The translations under genes and the position numbers were made by a program. The notes beneath the pieces are model-generated. The model was not told the DNA's origin and searched no databases. It saw only the letters and a list, made by a program, of their open reading frames with translations. From an uncultured Actinomycetes bacterium (GTDB taxonomy: Bacteria; Actinomycetota; Acidimicrobiia; IMCC26256; DASPTH01): a stretch of 64,000 nucleotides of DNA. This document shows positions 62,376-64,000 of the stretch, piece by piece; positions within the stretch are counted from its first letter, which is position 1; each line of letters starts with the position of its first letter. The stretch lies in NCBI GenBank assembly GCA_963827385.1, contig CAWHAR010000002.1, positions 223,656 through 287,655 on the forward strand, read 5' to 3'.

Positions 62376-63860
62376 CTACTCCGCGAGCTCTTCGTGGTAC
62401 TCCTCATCGACGTTCACCGACCACACGTCGTGGTGGGCGCCGAAGATGTTCTCGACCGAGAGCATGGCGGTGTACATCGAGTGGTCCTGGTTGTTGTAGC
62501 GGTGCATGCCGTTGCGCCCGACGGGATACACGTTTGGCGTGTTCTCTGCGATCCACTTCCGGAGCGTCTCGACGTTGGCCTTGTAGCTCGCGTCGTAGAA
62601 CGGGTACGCCTTGGGCGTGCGGACCACGTATCCGGCCTCGACGCGCGAACCATCGATCAGGCCGATCTGGGTGAGCTCACGCGCGCCGGTCTCGATGAGC
62701 TCGTCGTCGGGCTTGTTCCACCACTCGTCGTCTTCGTTGACGAACAGCTCGAGACCAAGGCAGTTGCGCCCGTCTTTCACGAGGTACGGCGACCAGGCAC
62801 TGAAGTTCTGGACGCGACCGACCTTCACGTTGGCGTCGTTGATGTAGATCCAGTTGTCGGGGAAGCTGAACTCCTTCGGCACCACGAGGCCGACCGTGAT
62901 GTGCGCGCGATAGCGCAGGTCGTCGGCGGCCTGCAGGACCTCCGGTGGCGCCGGCGGATCCATCGCCCGCACGAGGGCACTGATCGGCATCGATGAGATG
63001 ACCTCGGTGGCTTCGTAGCGGTTGGTGGTGCCGTTGTTGTCGGTGACGACTGCGGTGGCGCGCCCTTCGGCGTGCTCGATCTTCACGACCTTTGATTCGA
63101 AGACAACCTTCGAGCCCTTGTCTTCGACGAGCTCGGTGGCCTTCTCCCACATCTGGCCCGGGCCGTACTTCGGGTAGTTGAACTCGTCGATGAGGCTGGT
63201 GATCTGCTTGCCCTTGGCGCGGCGCGCCTTCACTGACTTCGGGGTCAGCGCGTCGACCACCGCGCGCCAGATCGAGAGGTCCTTGATGCGCTGCGCGCCC
63301 CAGTCGGCCTGGATCTCGGTGCAGGGCACGCCCCACACCTTCTCGCTCTGCGTCTTGAAGAAGTGCTCGTACAGCCGCCAGCCGAAACGCGAAGCGACGA
63401 AGCCTTCGAGCGTGTTCTGGTCCTTCGGCGGCTTGATGCGCACCCACACGTACGACGCCATGCATCGCACCGCTTCAACCGGGCCGAGGTTGATCAGCGC
63501 GTTCTTGGCGTTGATCGGGTAGTCGTAGAACTTGCCGCGGTAGTAGATCCGACTCACACGCGGGCGACGGAGGAACTCCTCCTTGCCGAGGATCTCGAAC
63601 CAGAGATCGTCGACCGGCTTCACCTTGGTGAAGAAGCGATGACCACCGATGTCGAAACGCCAGCCGTCACGCACCGCAGTCTTGGAGATGCCGCCGACCA
63701 CGTCGTCGGCTTCGAGGATGGTCGACGCGACGCCGTGCTTGGTGAGCATGTAGGCAGCCGTGAGGCCAGCCGGGCCGGCACCGATGACCACGATGTCGTG
63801 GTCGGAAGCGGCGGCGCCACCAGCGGACTCGGGCGCAGCAGTGGACGAGGTGTCGGTCAC
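62376..63860 (-). CDS. NAD(P)/FAD-dependent oxidoreductase (amine-oxidase/UDP-galactopyranose-mutase-like fold)
   Basis: Intact 494-aa ORF. Dinucleotide-binding motif DIVVIGAGPAGLTAAYML...LEADDVVGG. Confidence 0.8.
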   Translation of the reverse strand: MTDTSSTAAPESAGGAAASDHDIVVIGAGPAGLTAAYMLTKHGVASTILEADDVVGGISKTAVRDGWRFDIGGHRFFTKVKPVDDLWFEILGKEEFLRRPRVSRIYYRGKFYDYPINAKNALINLGPVEAVRCMASYVWVRIKPPKDQNTLEGFVASRFGWRLYEHFFKTQSEKVWGVPCTEIQADWGAQRIKDLSIWRAVVDALTPKSVKARRAKGKQITSLIDEFNYPKYGPGQMWEKATELVEDKGSKVVFESKVVKIEHAEGRATAVVTDNNGTTNRYEATEVISSMPISALVRAMDPPAPPEVLQAADDLRYRAHITVGLVVPKEFSFPDNWIYINDANVKVGRVQNFSAWSPYLVKDGRNCLGLELFVNEDDEWWNKPDDELIETGARELTQIGLIDGSRVEAGYVVRTPKAYPFYDASYKANVETLRKWIAENTPNVYPVGRNGMHRYNNQDHSMYTAMLSVENIFGAHHDVWSVNVDEEYHEELAE

Positions 63861-64000
63861 GAGGAAGGCGCTCCGGTGCGGCTCAGGGACTCGTTGGTCG
63901 GCGGCGGGACGAGCACTGACGTGCCCCCCGGCGTCCGCGACCGGTGATTGTACGGCTCAGGCGCACATTTCACGGGGTTCGCTCTGTCCGGATGTCCGAG

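Overview
High-GC (Actinomycetota-like) chromosomal window. Ordinary genes sit on both flanks. The left flank (1-11.4 kb) holds a GAF-ANTAR regulator, an RsbW-like kinase, TetR, an amidohydrolase, an ABC solute-binding protein, two family III CoA-transferases, a thioesterase and a truncated-hemoglobin-like gene. The right flank (50.7-64 kb) holds an SPFH protein, dut, a Fur-rubrerythrin-DUF3501 operon, and a cell-envelope glycan cluster (AftD-like arabinofuranosyltransferase, GT-C and GT4 glycosyltransferases, a methyltransferase, an FAD oxidoreductase). Between them lies a ~38.9-kb composite genomic island inserted in tRNA-Gly(GCC). The intact tRNA is at 50605-50680 (minus strand). An 82-bp direct repeat with a 47-bp perfect tRNA 3'-half core occurs at 11685-11766 and 50570-50651. 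From left to right the island carries: (1) a heavily frameshifted Rhs/YD-repeat toxin locus; (2) a gene-decay zone with an IS3 orfA remnant, nucleoside phosphorylase, isochorismatase-like, TPR-like and HNH remnants; (3) phosphotransferase paralogues; (4) an IS481-family element that interrupts a small ORF at a CTAG site; (5) a mostly intact block of nuclease and nucleotide-metabolism genes, comprising a DUF3578/McrB-N-like nuclease, a MazG-like gene, a CX5R phosphatase and a membrane protein (the last three ATGA-coupled), a PD-(D/E)xK protein, XRE, DUF5677-like and UDG-superfamily genes; (6) a replication/excision/integration module (P-loop Rep/primase-like, HTH excisionase-like, tyrosine integrase); (7) three cargo modules, of which the last two each begin at a remnant copy of the integrase 3' end. 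No rRNA or CRISPR was seen. Frameshifts are pervasive, including in core genes, and at least some sit at G/C runs. Many 'pseudogenes' may therefore be assembly indels, and calls are hedged accordingly. All family assignments come from motif recognition by eye. No searches were run.
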